The translations under genes and the position numbers were made by a program. A model generated the notes under the pieces. The model saw nothing but the letters and a program-made list of their open reading frames with translations, was not told where the DNA came from and ran no database searches. This document shows positions 41,447-60,306 of a stretch of DNA of 64,000 nt, piece after piece (the stretch's first letter is position 1; the number at the start of each line of letters is the position of its first letter). Origin of the DNA: Amoebidium appalachense (lineage: Eukaryota; Protista; Ichthyosporea); NCBI GenBank assembly GCA_963693365.1, contig CAVNZM010000001.1, positions 20,654,125 to 20,718,124 of the forward strand, read 5' to 3'.

Positions 41447-42521
41447 CTCTCTCTGTCTCTCTCCCTCGCTTCTCCCCCTCTCGCTCTCCTCCTCCCCCCC
41501 CCCCCCCCCCCCCTCTAAATCACATACACACACATACACGTAAGCTCAAACTGTGTTGTTCCCGTGCAAGTACATAGAATATTGTGTTAGTGATAGCTGT
41601 TTATGAACGTGTATACATTAAGCTGTGTTGTCTCGTGCAAGACTCAAGGTGACAACGGCATATTATCATTTTCTTAGAAGTACCTCCAAAGAATCCGGAT
41701 AGTGCAAAGTAGGTGCTCTGCTGTGTTAACATATTAGTATTCTCCATCTCATAGTTCATCGTTGTAACATTTAGATGCCATATCATAGTACTTCGTTGTA
41801 ACGTTAACATTTAGATGTTTATGCTCCTCTTGTGTTCATGTGCCTGGGCTACGTGAAAAGTGGCACGCATGAGCTGCGTCGGTGACATCGAACTGAACAA
41901 ATACTGTCGTCACAATAAACGGTTTGGAGGCCTATACGAGGATCCTGGTGCACGTGCACGTGTGGGGGTGGGTGGGTGGGTGGGGGGACGGAAGGGGGGG
42001 GGGGGGGGGGGGGGGGGGGGACGGGGGGGAAGGTCGGTGCCTATTTTTATCGGTTCAGAGTCGGGGGGCGTTGGGCGACGGGTAAGGTCGGTGCCTGTTT
42101 TGATCGGTGCAGAGTCTGTGGTCGCGTGCGCGCGTGTGTGCGCACGTTCGATCGAGGAATGCATTCCTGTGCGCCGTGATGATGAGTCACGGCCAAGAAT
42201 GCATTCCCGGAATACGGCGGCGCGCGCGCGCACCATCCCGTAGAGAAAAGAGTCAGAACGACATCGTCGATCGGCCGGCACGACTTTATACCCATGTAGT
42301 AGTGATCACAGTCGTGCTTTGTAGGGCACGATTTTCTAATGCAGGGGTTTGCAGTGAAAGTGGTGGTGCTGCTTGACGTGGTCTGGGGTGATGGCTTCTA
42401 GGGGGTGGCCAGACCGGTGGACCGTCGAGGCAGAAAAATCGGAAGTAACCAGGATCGATCCTCAGGCTGCGACTTTGAGCTTGACACGCAGAGATCTTAC
42501 CATTGCACCAACCCGCCCCCT
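38831..42521 (-). mobile_element. 3.7-kb non-autonomous retroposon (giant SINE-like): tRNA-related head, LINE-type 3' stem-loop, poly(A), 13-14 bp TSD
   Basis: TSD ACTACCATGAGCT(T) at 38818-38830 and 42522-42534. T-rich tract at 38831-38868 is poly(A) on the - strand. Removing the insert rejoins Copia gag (LDYHEL|ELKD). No RT or endonuclease ORF inside. Confidence 0.85.
42441..42521 (-). ncRNA. tRNA-derived (Pol III type 2 promoter) head of the retroposon; not a functional tRNA
   Basis: GGGGGCGGGTTGGTGCAATGGTAAGATCT...GAGGATCGATCCTGG: A-box TGGTGCAATGG, B-box-like GGATCGATCC, stem CTGCG/CGCAG, followed by T5. The cloverleaf is degenerate. Confidence 0.6.
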
Positions 42522-45500
42522 ACTACCATGAGCTTGAACTCAAGGACTTCAACTACCGTCATGGCTTACCTCACCATGGCACGCCGTCTGTGCACTACCC
42601 TGCACATCCTCGATGAGCCCATCCCTCACAAAGACCATGGTTGACAACTTCTTCATCCACGGTGACCTCAAGAAGAACCGTAAACTGGTTTGTTCCGACA
42701 CCCAGGCTATGATTGCAGATTATTTCCGTCGTAACATCAACTTGAACTACGACTCGGACACCTACAACCGACTCATCAGTGATATCCGAGCTGCTGAGAT
42801 TCGTGAAGGTCTCATCGACTTTGGATCCGGGTCTTCCCTCTCCGTCCGTACTGCACGTGCCCTGCAGAGCCGTGTCCTTCCCAAGGACGACCTCCGTCAC
42901 CGGATCCCCCGACGTGACAGCTCCGTCTCCCGTCTCCACCGTGGTCGTTCCAATGATCGATCCTCCTCCATCGACCGTGATTACTCCCGGTCCCGCTCCC
43001 CCGGTCCCCGTTCCCGGTCACCCTACCCCTCACGTCAAGCGGGTAACCGTCATCACAGCCAACCCCTTGCCAAGACCACTGGCCCCCTCGATTGTGCTTA
43101 TTGCCACGAGAATCATCATGTCACTCAATGTGACAAACCTGGCTGCTCCGTTGCCCGTCGTCACCGTGCCAGCTCCAAGACTGGCAAAGAGGTGCATTTT
43201 GCCCTCGTCTCAACCACGGCTTCCCTCACCATGGACCCCTGCTGGGACTCGGCCTCCAACGTCCATGTGTGCCCCGTCAAGGAGAGTACTTCTCCACCCT
43301 CGAGCCATGCTCCCCGACCGAAGTCCACGGTCTCGGCATTGTAACTGATCATCACCGTGGCATCATCAACCTGGCTGCCAACTACGACGGAGTTACCTCG
43401 GTTCTCAGCCTCAACACACTCTATGTGCCCGACTCCCCGGCCTTCCTGATTTCCCCCTCGATGGCCTCCATTGAACTTTCGGGTCTCCTTGCCCACCTCG
43501 ATGATGAGGATGAATTCCCCTCCTTCCTCTACACTCGTGGTGGCAACATCGTGTGTACTCTCACCGGCAACGATGGACTGTACTTCATCACCGACTATGA
43601 GATACGTCCCTCCATCCCTCGGTCCGTCACTGCCCTGGTTGCCAACGTCAAGGTCAACGTTGATCCCAAGCTCTGGCGCCCTCGTCTCGGCCACCGTGGC
43701 TGCCATGTCCACCCTCACCAAGATGGTGAGAGGTGACCTCGTGACGGGCCTCCCCTCATCCCTCTCGGTGGCTGAGACCACTGATTGCTTCGGCTGTGTC
43801 TCCGGCAAGACCACCAAGGCCCCGTTCCTCGGCACCAGAACCCAGTGCCCCTCCCCGGTGCCAAGCTTAAGTGGCACATGGACTTCTTTGAGCCTCCGAG
43901 CCTACAAGGCTCACAAGATCATGAATCTACGAGGCAACATGGTCAACATCTACCGCAATGTCGTCTTCGACGAATCACAATTCACCACGGCATCCAATCA
44001 GATTTCTGTGCAGGCCACCAATCAGCCGGCCTCAATTGATGCATCAATGCCGTCCCTCGATCCCCCCTACGATGACGATGAAATTCCGTCGGTGATTCTC
44101 CGTCGTTCCCCCCGTCGTCACGGTGTGCCTGCCCCCGTGGCTCCACACCCCCCCCCCCCCCCCCCCCCCCCCCACCGGCCAGCAGCTTCTGCTCCCGGCA
44201 CCGGCCGTCGATGACCACGTGCCTGGTGACGTGACCCCGTTTCGTCCTGGGTCTCCGGACTTCCACTCGGCCCCGTCCAGCCCCGTGGCATCCGACTCCC
44301 CCCTCAACACGGCACCCATCCCCGGCTTCCAGGCTCCCATCCCCGGCCCCCGGGTGTCTGCCCCAGCCACCCCCCCCCCCGGCCCCTGAGCCTCAGGCTC
44401 TCCGTCCCGTCCCCCGTCGTTCTTCCCGTCTGTCCTCCCGGGCTGCCACGGCTATGGTGAGCATCTCACGGCCCAGCCTTGATGTGTCTCAGCTGCCCCG
44501 GTCGATTCAGAAGCTGTGCTCCGGCCCTAAGGGTGATGACGTGGTTGCTGCCCTCACTGCCGAGTACAAGGCCTTCATCGACAAGGACATCTTCGACGTG
44601 GTTGAACCCCCCTCCGATGCCAACATCATCAGATTCAAGTGGATTGTCACGGAGAAGTTGCTCAACTCTGCTGGTGACACCAAGATCAAGGGTCGTGGTG
44701 TGGCCAAGGGTTTCACCCAAGTCTATGGTGTTGACTACGGTGACAACTCCTCCCCTGTTGTCATGTCGTCCTCCGTCCGTGCCCTGCTTGCCCTCGGTGT
44801 GCAGCAGGATCACGAGATCCATCAACCCGACATCAGCACAGCCTTCCTCAACAGCCCCCTCAACGAAACTTTGTACATGGAGCAACCTCCTGGGAAGTTC
44901 ATCCTCCCCGGCAAAGAACACAAAGTCTGGAAACTCAAGAAGGCCCTCTACGGACTCAAGCAGGCCTCCCTGGCCGGGCATGGTACCAGTTCTTCGACTC
45001 CATCCTCATTGCCCATAACCTCACACGTCTCCGTTCCGACCCGTGTGTATACGTACTGATCTTCCCCAACGGTGACATCATCCGATCAGGCAACTACTAG
45101 TATGTCGATGATGTCATCATCACCTGGCACCCGTCGATCCGGCCTGGTCAAGCAGCTCGTTGACCACATCATGAAGTGTGCCGAGTGCAAGATCGACCTG
45201 CCTGACATCTTCCTCGGCACCCAGCTGCTACACACCCCAGGATCTGCCTCAAGCTACTGCAGGCCTTCTACATCCAGGACATCATCAACGACTTCAACCT
45301 GGTCGATGCCAAGCCCAAATCCACCCCCATTCCCGTGGGCACCATCATCATCAACGAAGAATCCCTCTCCTCCCTGCCCACCACCGTCCCCTACCGTGAA
45401 CTCCTCGGCCGTCTGCTGTGGGTTGCTCGGTGCTCCCGGCCTGACATCCGTATGCCATTGGCTACCTCGGCCGTTTCAGCTCCAAGCCGACCAAGGCTGC

Positions 45501-46346
45501 CTGGGTGCTTCTCCTCCGTGTCGTCCGTTAGAGTCATCGGCTCCATCAACCTCGGCCTCTACTACAACAAGCACTGCCCAACAGCAAGGTGCCCATCCTC
45601 GAGTGCTACTCTGATGCAGACTTTGCTGGTTGCCCGACCACCCGTCGTTCTACATCTGGGTACGTCATACTCCTCGAGGGCACCCCCGTCACCTACCACT
45701 CCAAGCTACAGTCGATTACTGCAACTTCCACCACCGAGGCCGAGCTCCTGGCCCTCAATGCTGCCGTGCAAGATGTTGCCTGGCAGTGTGATCTGCTCAA
45801 GGAGCTGGGCTACTCCCATTATCAGCAATCTTTTCGACCCATCCTAACATATCCCAATCCACTTTGATGGATTGGGATGGTTGATGTTTACTACCGAGGA
45901 TAGGTGTAATACTATACACCATTGCAGTGGATCATCCTGGACACCAACCCATCATAGATATCCAGACATTCATTAGATATACAATGGATGCTCTAAAAGC
46001 ATACATACAAGGAGGGTATGATGTTTGGAGTGTCTATGAAACATCCCAACACATCCAGTTATATATAATGTATTACCTAGATTATCTAAACATGCATATG
46101 TATTGTCTATAGGATATACGATGGATTAGTTACTACATAATAGGTAAGAATTATATATGGACAATTTAAATATCTTCAGGATATACAAATATGATTGCGG
46201 TACGCTTGTGGATACGTTGTGCTTCCGGAGGGCTTCAAGCTAATCAGAAAAGAAATACTATTTTTCTTGTGCACAGCCTAATAATAATAATACTAGACTA
46301 GAATACTTACAAGTAGGGAGGCACAGTCCCCCCTCCGAATCCCCCT

Positions 46347-46377
<31 letters not shown>

Positions 46378-46479
46378 TTCCCCTCCTCCCCCTCCCCTCC
46401 CCCTTCCCCGTTATCTTGTTTTCCCCCCAGCCTCGGTAGCCCTAAAAATCTTATTTTTTTCAAGAAATCTAATATTAGA

Positions 46480-47095
46480 AATTTGAACTGCTCGGGGTTT
46501 GCTATTTCAATCCCTGTCCTGTGTGTTCCCGTTTAGTCGGGCGATTACGCAATCCCAAGTTCAAGTTGTCAAGTTAACGTTGTCCGATGTTGAGGAGTAA
46601 CTGGACGAGGAGAGCCAGGAAGGGCTGAGGGGTCGCTATGTCTTTTGCCTTTAACTTTGGTGGGGAGGAAGAGGACGGGGATGCTGGGCAGACTCAAACG
46701 GCCCCCCTTGAGCCGTTAAAGCCAGGCAGGTGTCCCCGTTCCTGGGGGTGGGCTGGAAGGGCTGGCACACGTAGCGTAACCGTTTCGGTTTGCTTGCATG
46801 CTTAATTTGTAGGTGCTTGTGTGGGCTGCTCGCATCATCATTCTCCCATCCTCTTCCCACACCCTCGTCCCCCCCCCCCCCCCCCCCCCCTCTTTCCTCC
46901 CTTCCTCACTGTCCCACCCCACCTCCGAGCGGCTGACCTCTTCTCCCTTTCTCCCTCAAACTCGCTCATCCCTCGCCTTCCCTCTTCCGCCAACCCCCCC
47001 CCCCCCCCCCCCTTCCCCCATCTTTCTCTGTCTTCCTCTTCCCCCCCATCCCCTCCCCCCTCTCTTCTCCCCCCCCTCTCTTCCTCAGTCTCTCC

Positions 47096-47120
<25 letters not shown>
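46480..47120 (-). mobile_element. Copy 3 of the dispersed repeat family
   Basis: Encodes RLKGGRLSLPSIPVLFLPTKVKGKRHSDPS, homologous to WLKGGGLGLPNNHVLLLPTNFEGKKHTIPS in copy 1. Confidence 0.75.
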
Positions 47121-47147
<27 letters not shown>

Positions 47148-47182
47148 CCCTCTCTGTCTCTCCCCCCCCCTCTCCCTCTCTC

Positions 47183-47268
<86 letters not shown>

Positions 47269-47765
47269 TCTCTCCCTCTCTTCCCATCTCTCTTTCTCTC
47301 CCTTTCTCGCTATCTCACTGTAACCCCCCCCCTCCCCCCTCTCCTTTCATCATTCTCTTCCTTTTTTCCAGTCCCATAACTCCTGTCCGATTCACTATCA
47401 GCCATGCACGTATGCATACGCACAAGGCGCACCTGCGGTTGCCCCCGCCACGCCTGCAAGTCATCTTCACAAACAGCCATAGTCCCAGCCAGTGCTTAGT
47501 GTGCACACGCGTGTGCGTGAGACGTGCACACACGTGTCGACGCACGCACGGATACACACAGGCACAGGCGCTCTTTCAAAGGCACCTGTATGTTCTGGCC
47601 CTGTGTGCCTGTGTGGACAGGTGCCCACGGCCCTGTGCCGGTGGCCTGAGGGGTGGCTCTATCCCCCTTTGTGCTGCCCTTACGGGTCAAACCCTAACCC
47701 TCTAGCCACGCCCTTTCCTTGCCTGGCGACTTGTTTTACTCAGTTCCTAATTCTTGCCTGTGCAG

Positions 47766-52555
<4,790 letters not shown>

Positions 52556-52565
52556 AAGAAGAACT

Positions 52566-52637
<72 letters not shown>

Positions 52638-53560
52638 GTAGGAGTCGTAGCTGATGTGGTGGATGGGATGAAGGAAGCACTGTGTTTGTGTTTGTGCTTC
52701 TGATGTGAGCTCTGTTACTGGCTAGCTGCTGTGCCTGTGATGGGTGTCCTTAGGTTGCCACAGTCTTGGATCTTGGGGAGCAGGGATGTATCTCATGTCT
52801 AGACGTTGTTTGATGGCGGATATGTTGATGCATGCACGGCAGCTGGCCTGTTTGTGTCTAAGATTAATTAATACTACTGCCTTACTGCCTGGGCAGCCAC
52901 CTAATTAGTATGTGTGTGCCCGATCCCCTCCTTGTTCCATGTGCACTCTTTAGGACGGCCACATACTGCATCCCGTGGACGAGCCCAGGTGTAGGTGTGC
53001 GTATGGGCACTTGCCTGTTGGGGTGTGTGCGTATTTGTGTGTGGGGGGGGAGGGAGGGTATGTTGTGGATATTATAAAAGTACTCAATTGAGCGTCTGAA
53101 GGGCCCAGGAGAATGTTTTGGGGGAAACGGGGAGATGGAAAATTGTGATCGTGTGCACATGCATGTGTGCAAGAATTTTGACCCCAGGGGGACCCCAGGG
53201 GGGCCATTTTGTATGAGACTGACACTTCCAGTGTACAGTCACGCATGTTGGGCCGAGAGTATGAGGCTTCACACACACACGTTATGTATTCAGACTATAT
53301 GGTGTCTGGCATGTAACTTCATATGAGTAATATGCTCCATGCGGACATGTCCATTAACGTGAATTTAAAAGTGTGACTAGATTAATCAATTAAAAGCTCA
53401 TGCAAGATCATTCGAGCACCTACCACACACCATCATTATAACACACCTGGGACTACCATATATAGAAGTTGTGACCAATGCTCAAACCCACTCTACGCTG
53501 GGCATGACATCACGTAATTCAAGCCTGGCCAACCCATAACCCAGCCCCCTCATATCGGCA

Positions 53561-54270
53561 CTATGATATTATCGAGTGCCTCGTTTCTGTCGTGCCTCCA
53601 CCGAATCCTCCTTGCTGTCTGTAAGCTGCCTGCTGGTCGCTCGGTGGCTCATAATGGCCTGGTGGCAGCAGCACGTGGCCCCAAGGTGTGGGGTGGGGGG
53701 TGGCCTGTGTCTGCAAATAGAAAAGGTTTGAGCGGAGCAATGCGCACGGTGGGGGTATGTAGTTGTATGCAGAGTTGAGCGTAAATGGGATGGGCTGTGG
53801 GTGGCTGGGTAGGTGTGTGTATAGGGAGCGTGTGTGCGTGTGTGTGGTGCTGTTGTGGTAGTGAGGAACGGGGCAGGGGATGATAGCTCATGGCTCCACT
53901 AACCCACCCTGAGGCTCCTTCTCGCCCTTCCCCCCTCAGTCACATTTAGAACATACCAACAAAGTAATTGTGTCGTCGCTCTTTGGTGTGCGACGTTGCT
54001 GTAACACAAGAATGTTTGTGTATCCCGGTGTAGCATTTTGCACATTTCGGCCGGAATGGACTGGTCCAGGCACCCGCTTTATCACTGAACAAACCCACAC
54101 GTCTCCAAAGACATGCACGTGCAAAATTCATATCTGGCTAACATACCATCCCTTAAAGAGTTAAACACCCAAGGGACCCAGACGGGGGAAAAAGCCAACG
54201 ATTTGAAGCCATAAATAAGGCTTATGAGGATGCATGGTGTGTGTGTGTCTGTGTGTGTGTGTGTGTCACA

Positions 54271-54306
<36 letters not shown>

Positions 54307-54867
54307 ACGCGCGCGCGTGTGCGTGAATGTGAGTGAGTGAGTGAATGTGTGTGTGTGTGTGTGTGCGTGTGCGCGTGCGCGTGTATATTTATGTGTGTGT
54401 GTGTGTGCATGTGCGCGAGTGCGTGCGTGCACATGTGCATGTGTGTGCCTGTGCTATTGTGTGTGTGTGACCGTAAATCTGTGCATGCTGGGCACTGTGA
54501 GTGTGATGGGGTCATATTCACCTGCTGAGTCTGCAATGGGTCTGTGGCCTGTGACAGGGCCAGCAGGGAGTCCAGCACCACCTGTTCCCTCTGTGTGGGT
54601 GCGCTGTGTGTGGGGGGGTGGGGGGGTGGCTGCACGGCATAGCCGGGGTGGGCGTTGGTCGTGGGGTAGGCCGGCAATGGTGGGGGCAGGGGGGCTGGGG
54701 GATGCTGATGGGCCGGTGAGGGGTGGCTGTGCCCGAGTGGGTGAGCTCCGAGTCCGACCCAGACGGTCCCGATAGACCTGCAGAGGGATGGGTGACGTCA
54801 GTGGGTGCATACCAATAATAGATTTACCCCCTCCCCCCCCCCTTCCAGCCTCTTTCCTCCCCCCCCC

Positions 54868-54898
<31 letters not shown>

Positions 54899-55044
54899 AC
54901 ACACACCATGCAGGCACACACCAGATGCATGCACAATGACCCGTTTACTGTGGCCACGCCAAGGACCCTTGCCTCAAGTCCAGAATGCTCCCCTGAATCA
55001 GGCAACACACTTTCTTCTTGGTGGTGTATATGGGCCCTATGTTG

Positions 55045-55084
<40 letters not shown>

Positions 55085-56083
55085 TCCCGGTCTTCGAAAG
55101 TCATTCAGCTAAACCACCTGCCCGTTTCCCTTGTGCACACACACAGGTGTGCATGCTAGGAGGGCACCCACCCCTCGCAACCACCACCTCCTGCCTGCAC
55201 ATGGCACACCGCCGCTGGAAGTTGCCGTGACGGCACCGTGGGGCAGTGGGTCTGCGGCAGCCCTTGCAGCGGCCCCTTATCAAGCCGTGCACACACACAC
55301 CCTTGCCCCCGCAGCCCACACAGTAGTAGGGCAGCTTGCCGTGCGGGCACAGCACGGCACTCCCACACTCGGCACACAGCCCCGGGGGCCTGCCATGCAC
55401 ACAGTCCAGAAGGAGGGGCGCAGGCCCACACTCCACACACTGGCCCCTTGGCTGGCCGTGCATGCAGGGCCCAAGGCCAAGGGCCTGGCAGGGGCCACAT
55501 GGCCACGTGTACGGGTGGCCGTGAACACACCTGGGCCACTCCCCGGCCTGCCCGTGGCCCTCATGCACCTCCGCCTCTGACAGTATGGGAGAATCCTGGC
55601 CGGGTGGCTGGGTGCCTGCCTGGCCCAGCTCACTTGCTGGCTGGGGGGCTACCTGGGCTGGGAGGGGGCCTGCATGGGGTGACGTCAGTGCATGGGCCAG
55701 ACAGAGGCAAAGGGCCAACGGCACGGCCAGCATGGCCACGGAGAGGCCGTGGCCCGAATGGGGTTAGGAATGTGCATGAGGTGCGCCAGTCAACTTGCCT
55801 GCAAAGTGTGAAGGCCCCCCCCCCCTCCCCCTCCCCCCCCCCCCCCTCCCCCTGTCCGCTGCAACAAGATGGAGACACCAACCCAACAGCCCATGCACAC
55901 CCATAATGCCCTGATGCCGCCACCATTCCATACCCCAATGGTGGGCCACGGACCCAACCTTGACTGGATCATTCCTTGGGTTACAACACTCTTATAAGCC
56001 TATATCCATAGCAGCCTGCATCCTTGGAAGGGCATGGGAAGGTGGAAATTGGGACACCGGGAGAGGGGGAGGGGGAGGGGGAA

Positions 56084-56125
<42 letters not shown>

Positions 56126-57340
56126 CCGTACCGTCCACATTTGGCTGCTGGCCGGGCAGGACTGCAGGCCTGCATGCCTTGCACACACTGAAGTAGCGGC
56201 CGTGGGCACACCGAGGAGCCATGTTGCCCCAGCAGCGCACACAGCTGGCCTTGACCCGCCCATGCGCACATATGCCCTTGCCCCCGCACTGCTTGCACTC
56301 GTACCTGTATTTGCCGTGTGCACATATGTCCTTGCCCCCGCACACCTTGCACCTCCGCTTGCGCCTGCCGTGCTCGCACATCTCCGACCCCCCGCATGGC
56401 TGGCACACCTGCTTGCGCCGCCCATGGGGGCACAGGCCCCTGCCCCCACAGCCCTTGCAGTGTGCCGGCACCTTTCTGCCGTGGGGGCAGAACCCATTGA
56501 CCATCACCACGCCCTGCGCCCTGGCCCCCCCCTCGGCCTTCAAAAGGGGTGGTATGTCTGCCGGGCCGTCCCCCTGTCCGTCCCCGGATGTGTCTGCCTG
56601 CCTGGGCCGTTTTCTCGCCCTTTGTTTCTTTTCCTGCACACCGCCCAACGTGTCCCCGTTGATACCAGTACCCTCTTCCTCCTCTTCCCCCTCTTCCTTC
56701 ACTTCCCCTTCACCAACCTGTACACCCTCCTGTTCGTTTTTGTTTTCATCGGTCTCTGTTCGCTGTCTCTTTCTGTTTGCCCCCTCCATCTCCCCCCTCT
56801 CTCTCCTGCTCTCTTCCTCTCCTGCCGGTTTTCCCCCCATCTCCTTCTTCCCCCTCTCCGTTAGCATCCTTTCTCTTTCCTCTTTTCCTCTTCACCCCTT
56901 GGGCAACCTCCGTTGCACCTCTTTCGCCATTCACCTGCCCCTGCCCCCCTACCCCCTGCTCTATGCTCTTCCGGTCAACACCACCCTCACTCTCCACCCC
57001 TCCCTGCTCCCCCCTTGCCCTGCTCTTCCCTCCCCCCGCCTCTCCCTTTTGCCTCCTCTTGTCCCACCCCGGTGTCTGCCGTACTCCCTTCCACCCTGCT
57101 CTCGCTGCCTCTCCCCCTCGTCTCAATCCTTCCCTTGCGCTGACTTCGTGTCATTCGTGGGGGGAATGTCTCTGTTTCGTGCCCCTTGCCCTCTGCTTCT
57201 TTCCCTCTCGCTCCGTTTGGTGCATGCACTGCTGGGGTGTGTTTTTGGGCCACAGAACACACGGCACATTGCTCCGTGGGCACGCTGTGTACACACAGCA
57301 GCTCCGCGGAAGACTGCGGGTGTGGGTGCATAGTGGTGGG

Positions 57341-57402
<62 letters not shown>

Positions 57403-57550
57403 GTGTGTGTGTGCGCGCACGCGCGCGTGTGTGTATGTGTGAGTGTGAGTGTGTGTGTGCGAGCGTGTGGGGGGGGGGGGGGGGGGGCGTGTGTGCGCAC
57501 GTGTGCTTGTGTGCATGTGTGTGTGCGCACACATGCGTGTGTGAATGTGA

Positions 57551-57627
<77 letters not shown>

Positions 57628-57954
57628 CATGCACGTGATATGGTGATGGGATATGAAGTGCCGTGTGACAAGTAACCATGCCAACCACACATACACAGCA
57701 CTAACAATGCAGCACCTAGGGACATCATGAGTCGACAGACGAGGCAAAGACACAGACAGTGGTAGTTACCAAGGATATAACACCACCATGTGTTTGGGAT
57801 TAGAAAACACCGTGTATACTTTTAGAGAGAGGGCAGGGGAAAGGGCATGAACCTGAGATTTGCTGGTTGATTCCATGGGCATAGGAACAGATATTGGTTG
57901 CCTGGATAACCCTCGTTGGGACTCTTGAACCCCGCTGTGTGTGCCTGTCCGCGC

Positions 57955-58037
<83 letters not shown>

Positions 58038-58412
58038 CGCGCACGCGTGTGTGTGTGTATGTGTGCGTGCGTGCGTGCGTGCATGCATGCGTGCGTTTTG
58101 TGTTGGGTGATGTGTGTGAGGGGGGGTACATGTGTGACCAATACTGTGTTAGCATATGCAGGTGTCTCGATACACATCTCCCTCCCACCCACCCAACCGT
58201 TTACATCCATGTGAATATGTGTGTGTCACAGATCTCGCGGGAGTAGAGGTGTCTACAAGCGAGAGGGTTCAGATCAATATGTCAATCATTCAATTCTTTT
58301 GCTTGAGTGGGAGTTTTTGCGTTGTGATGTGCATGTGCTTCTGTTACCGTGTACTTGTCGCCTGTTGTGGGGAGGCAGAAAAACGCGGGGGGGGGGGGGG
58401 GGGGGGGGGGGG

Positions 58413-58462
<50 letters not shown>

Positions 58463-60248
58463 AGGGGGGGGATCTACCTTGACTCGTTTGCTGTTCGTTA
58501 GATACCTGCTGGCTTCGAGTGTTTGCATTGGTGGTGGGTGCAGGTGGCTGCATGGGATTGGGGGGGGGGGGGGGACACATGAGCAAGAAAAACACAAAAC
58601 ACAGGGAGGACTTTAGTCCAGACTCCATCTTAGGGAGCCATCAGCCCTTCGGCCCCATTCCCCCCCCCCCCCTCCCCCCTTCCCCCAAAAGGCTGTTCTC
58701 CAAGGTCCGTATCCATCCTTGCCCCCCCCCCTCCCCCCCCCCCCCCCCCGCCCTCCATTTTAACGTGCACCTTTCGCAACCCCCCCCCACACACACACAC
58801 ACACCCCCCCCCCACACCCCCCGGCCACATGCCGGCTGACTAGCTGGCCCTCCCCGATCCCATTTTTATTCCCATTCCTCATTTAACCCCCCTCCTCCTG
58901 TAGCCTGGTGTGCACCTTCCCCACACCTCATACTCTTTAGCGTCCACATTAGACCCATTGCCATTGCAGTCCAAACAAACCCCATCACCTTCTCCGCCTC
59001 TCCCCCCTCCCCACCACCACCACCACCACCACACACATATATTCCACCCAGGCATAGGCACCGCCTGCACTCACCTCACCCCCACCTTGCTGCCTGTCCT
59101 CCCATGTCGCCTGCCCCTTTCCCCCTCCCTCGCCCCCAGCCCCCTGCCACATTTCATCCTCTGTCTCTTCCCCATCTGTTTGTGTTTCCTCTTTCCCCCC
59201 TCTCCGTGTCATCGTTTTCCCTGTTTGGCTCGCACTTTTCTGTGTGTCGTTGCCCCCTGATTGTGAGTCATCCTCTGTCTCATATGCACGTGCAACCTCA
59301 CACACCCCACAGCGGCTCCTTCTGACTCCGTGTGTGCACTTTGGCTCCTCGTCCCCCTGTGCGTTCTGTTTCTTCCTCCCACCCCCCCTTGGTGCCTTTT
59401 TTGACTTTGCCCCCTCACACACCTCACACGACCCCTTTTCCTTGGCGTGTTTGCACAGTGTTTTGCACTCTGAACACCGCCTCCGTACTCGTTCGTGCAC
59501 ACACACATCTGCACCACAGTCACGGCACGACGTTTTGAATTTTCCATGTGGGCATTTGGAACGGGTTGCCGATTTACACGCCTGGCAGTCGGTTTTTATG
59601 CTGCCGTGGATGCATGGTTTGGCCCCACAACTGCCACAGTAGGCCCACAGTATGCCGTGAGGACAAATGGAGCTCAGCTTCTGCGACGAATCACATTGCT
59701 CGCATTTTGCCGTAATCGGCCGATCGTGCGGGCAGAGCTGTTCGATGACACTGCAATCGGAACACGATTTCCATACCCGATTGTGCACGCAAATCTCCGT
59801 GCCGCCACATTCCGCACATGTTTCGTGTTGGCGGCCATGCTGGCAGAGTGTCCTTCCCCCACACTCCCTGCACGTGTGTCTGTCTTTGCCGTGCACACAC
59901 ACACCCATACCCACACAATCCTTGCAGCGCAGGCGGGTGGGCCTGCCGTGGGGACAGGTGGAGGCACATGTGGCACAGTCACTGGAGATGAGGTTGTGTG
60001 CGCACACGGGAGATTGGCCTGGGGGGGGGGGGGGGGGGTGAGGGAAGGAGGTAGACATGGAAAGGAGACATAGCGCCAGAAATATTCCGTATACAAATAC
60101 ACACAGCTGGGGGATGTGAAGAGGGCAGGGGGGAGGGGGGGGGGGGGGGGGTCGGATGATAGAGGAGATAGAGTGATGTCCCTCACAACCGCCCAAAGCA
60201 TCTAATGATGTCAATCCTGTGCGTACAGGTCAGGAATAGCAGTATTAG

Positions 60249-60306
<58 letters not shown>

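Noticed and set aside
42441-42521. Functional tRNA gene
   Set aside because: D- and T-stems are mispaired, the T-loop is GATCGAT rather than TTCGA, and it sits precisely at a TSD-bounded element end.
54600-57050. Programmed frameshifting or pseudogenisation in the zinc-repeat gene
   Set aside because: Frame jumps fall in G/C homopolymer-rich stretches, where sequencing indels are the simpler explanation. Raw reads are needed.
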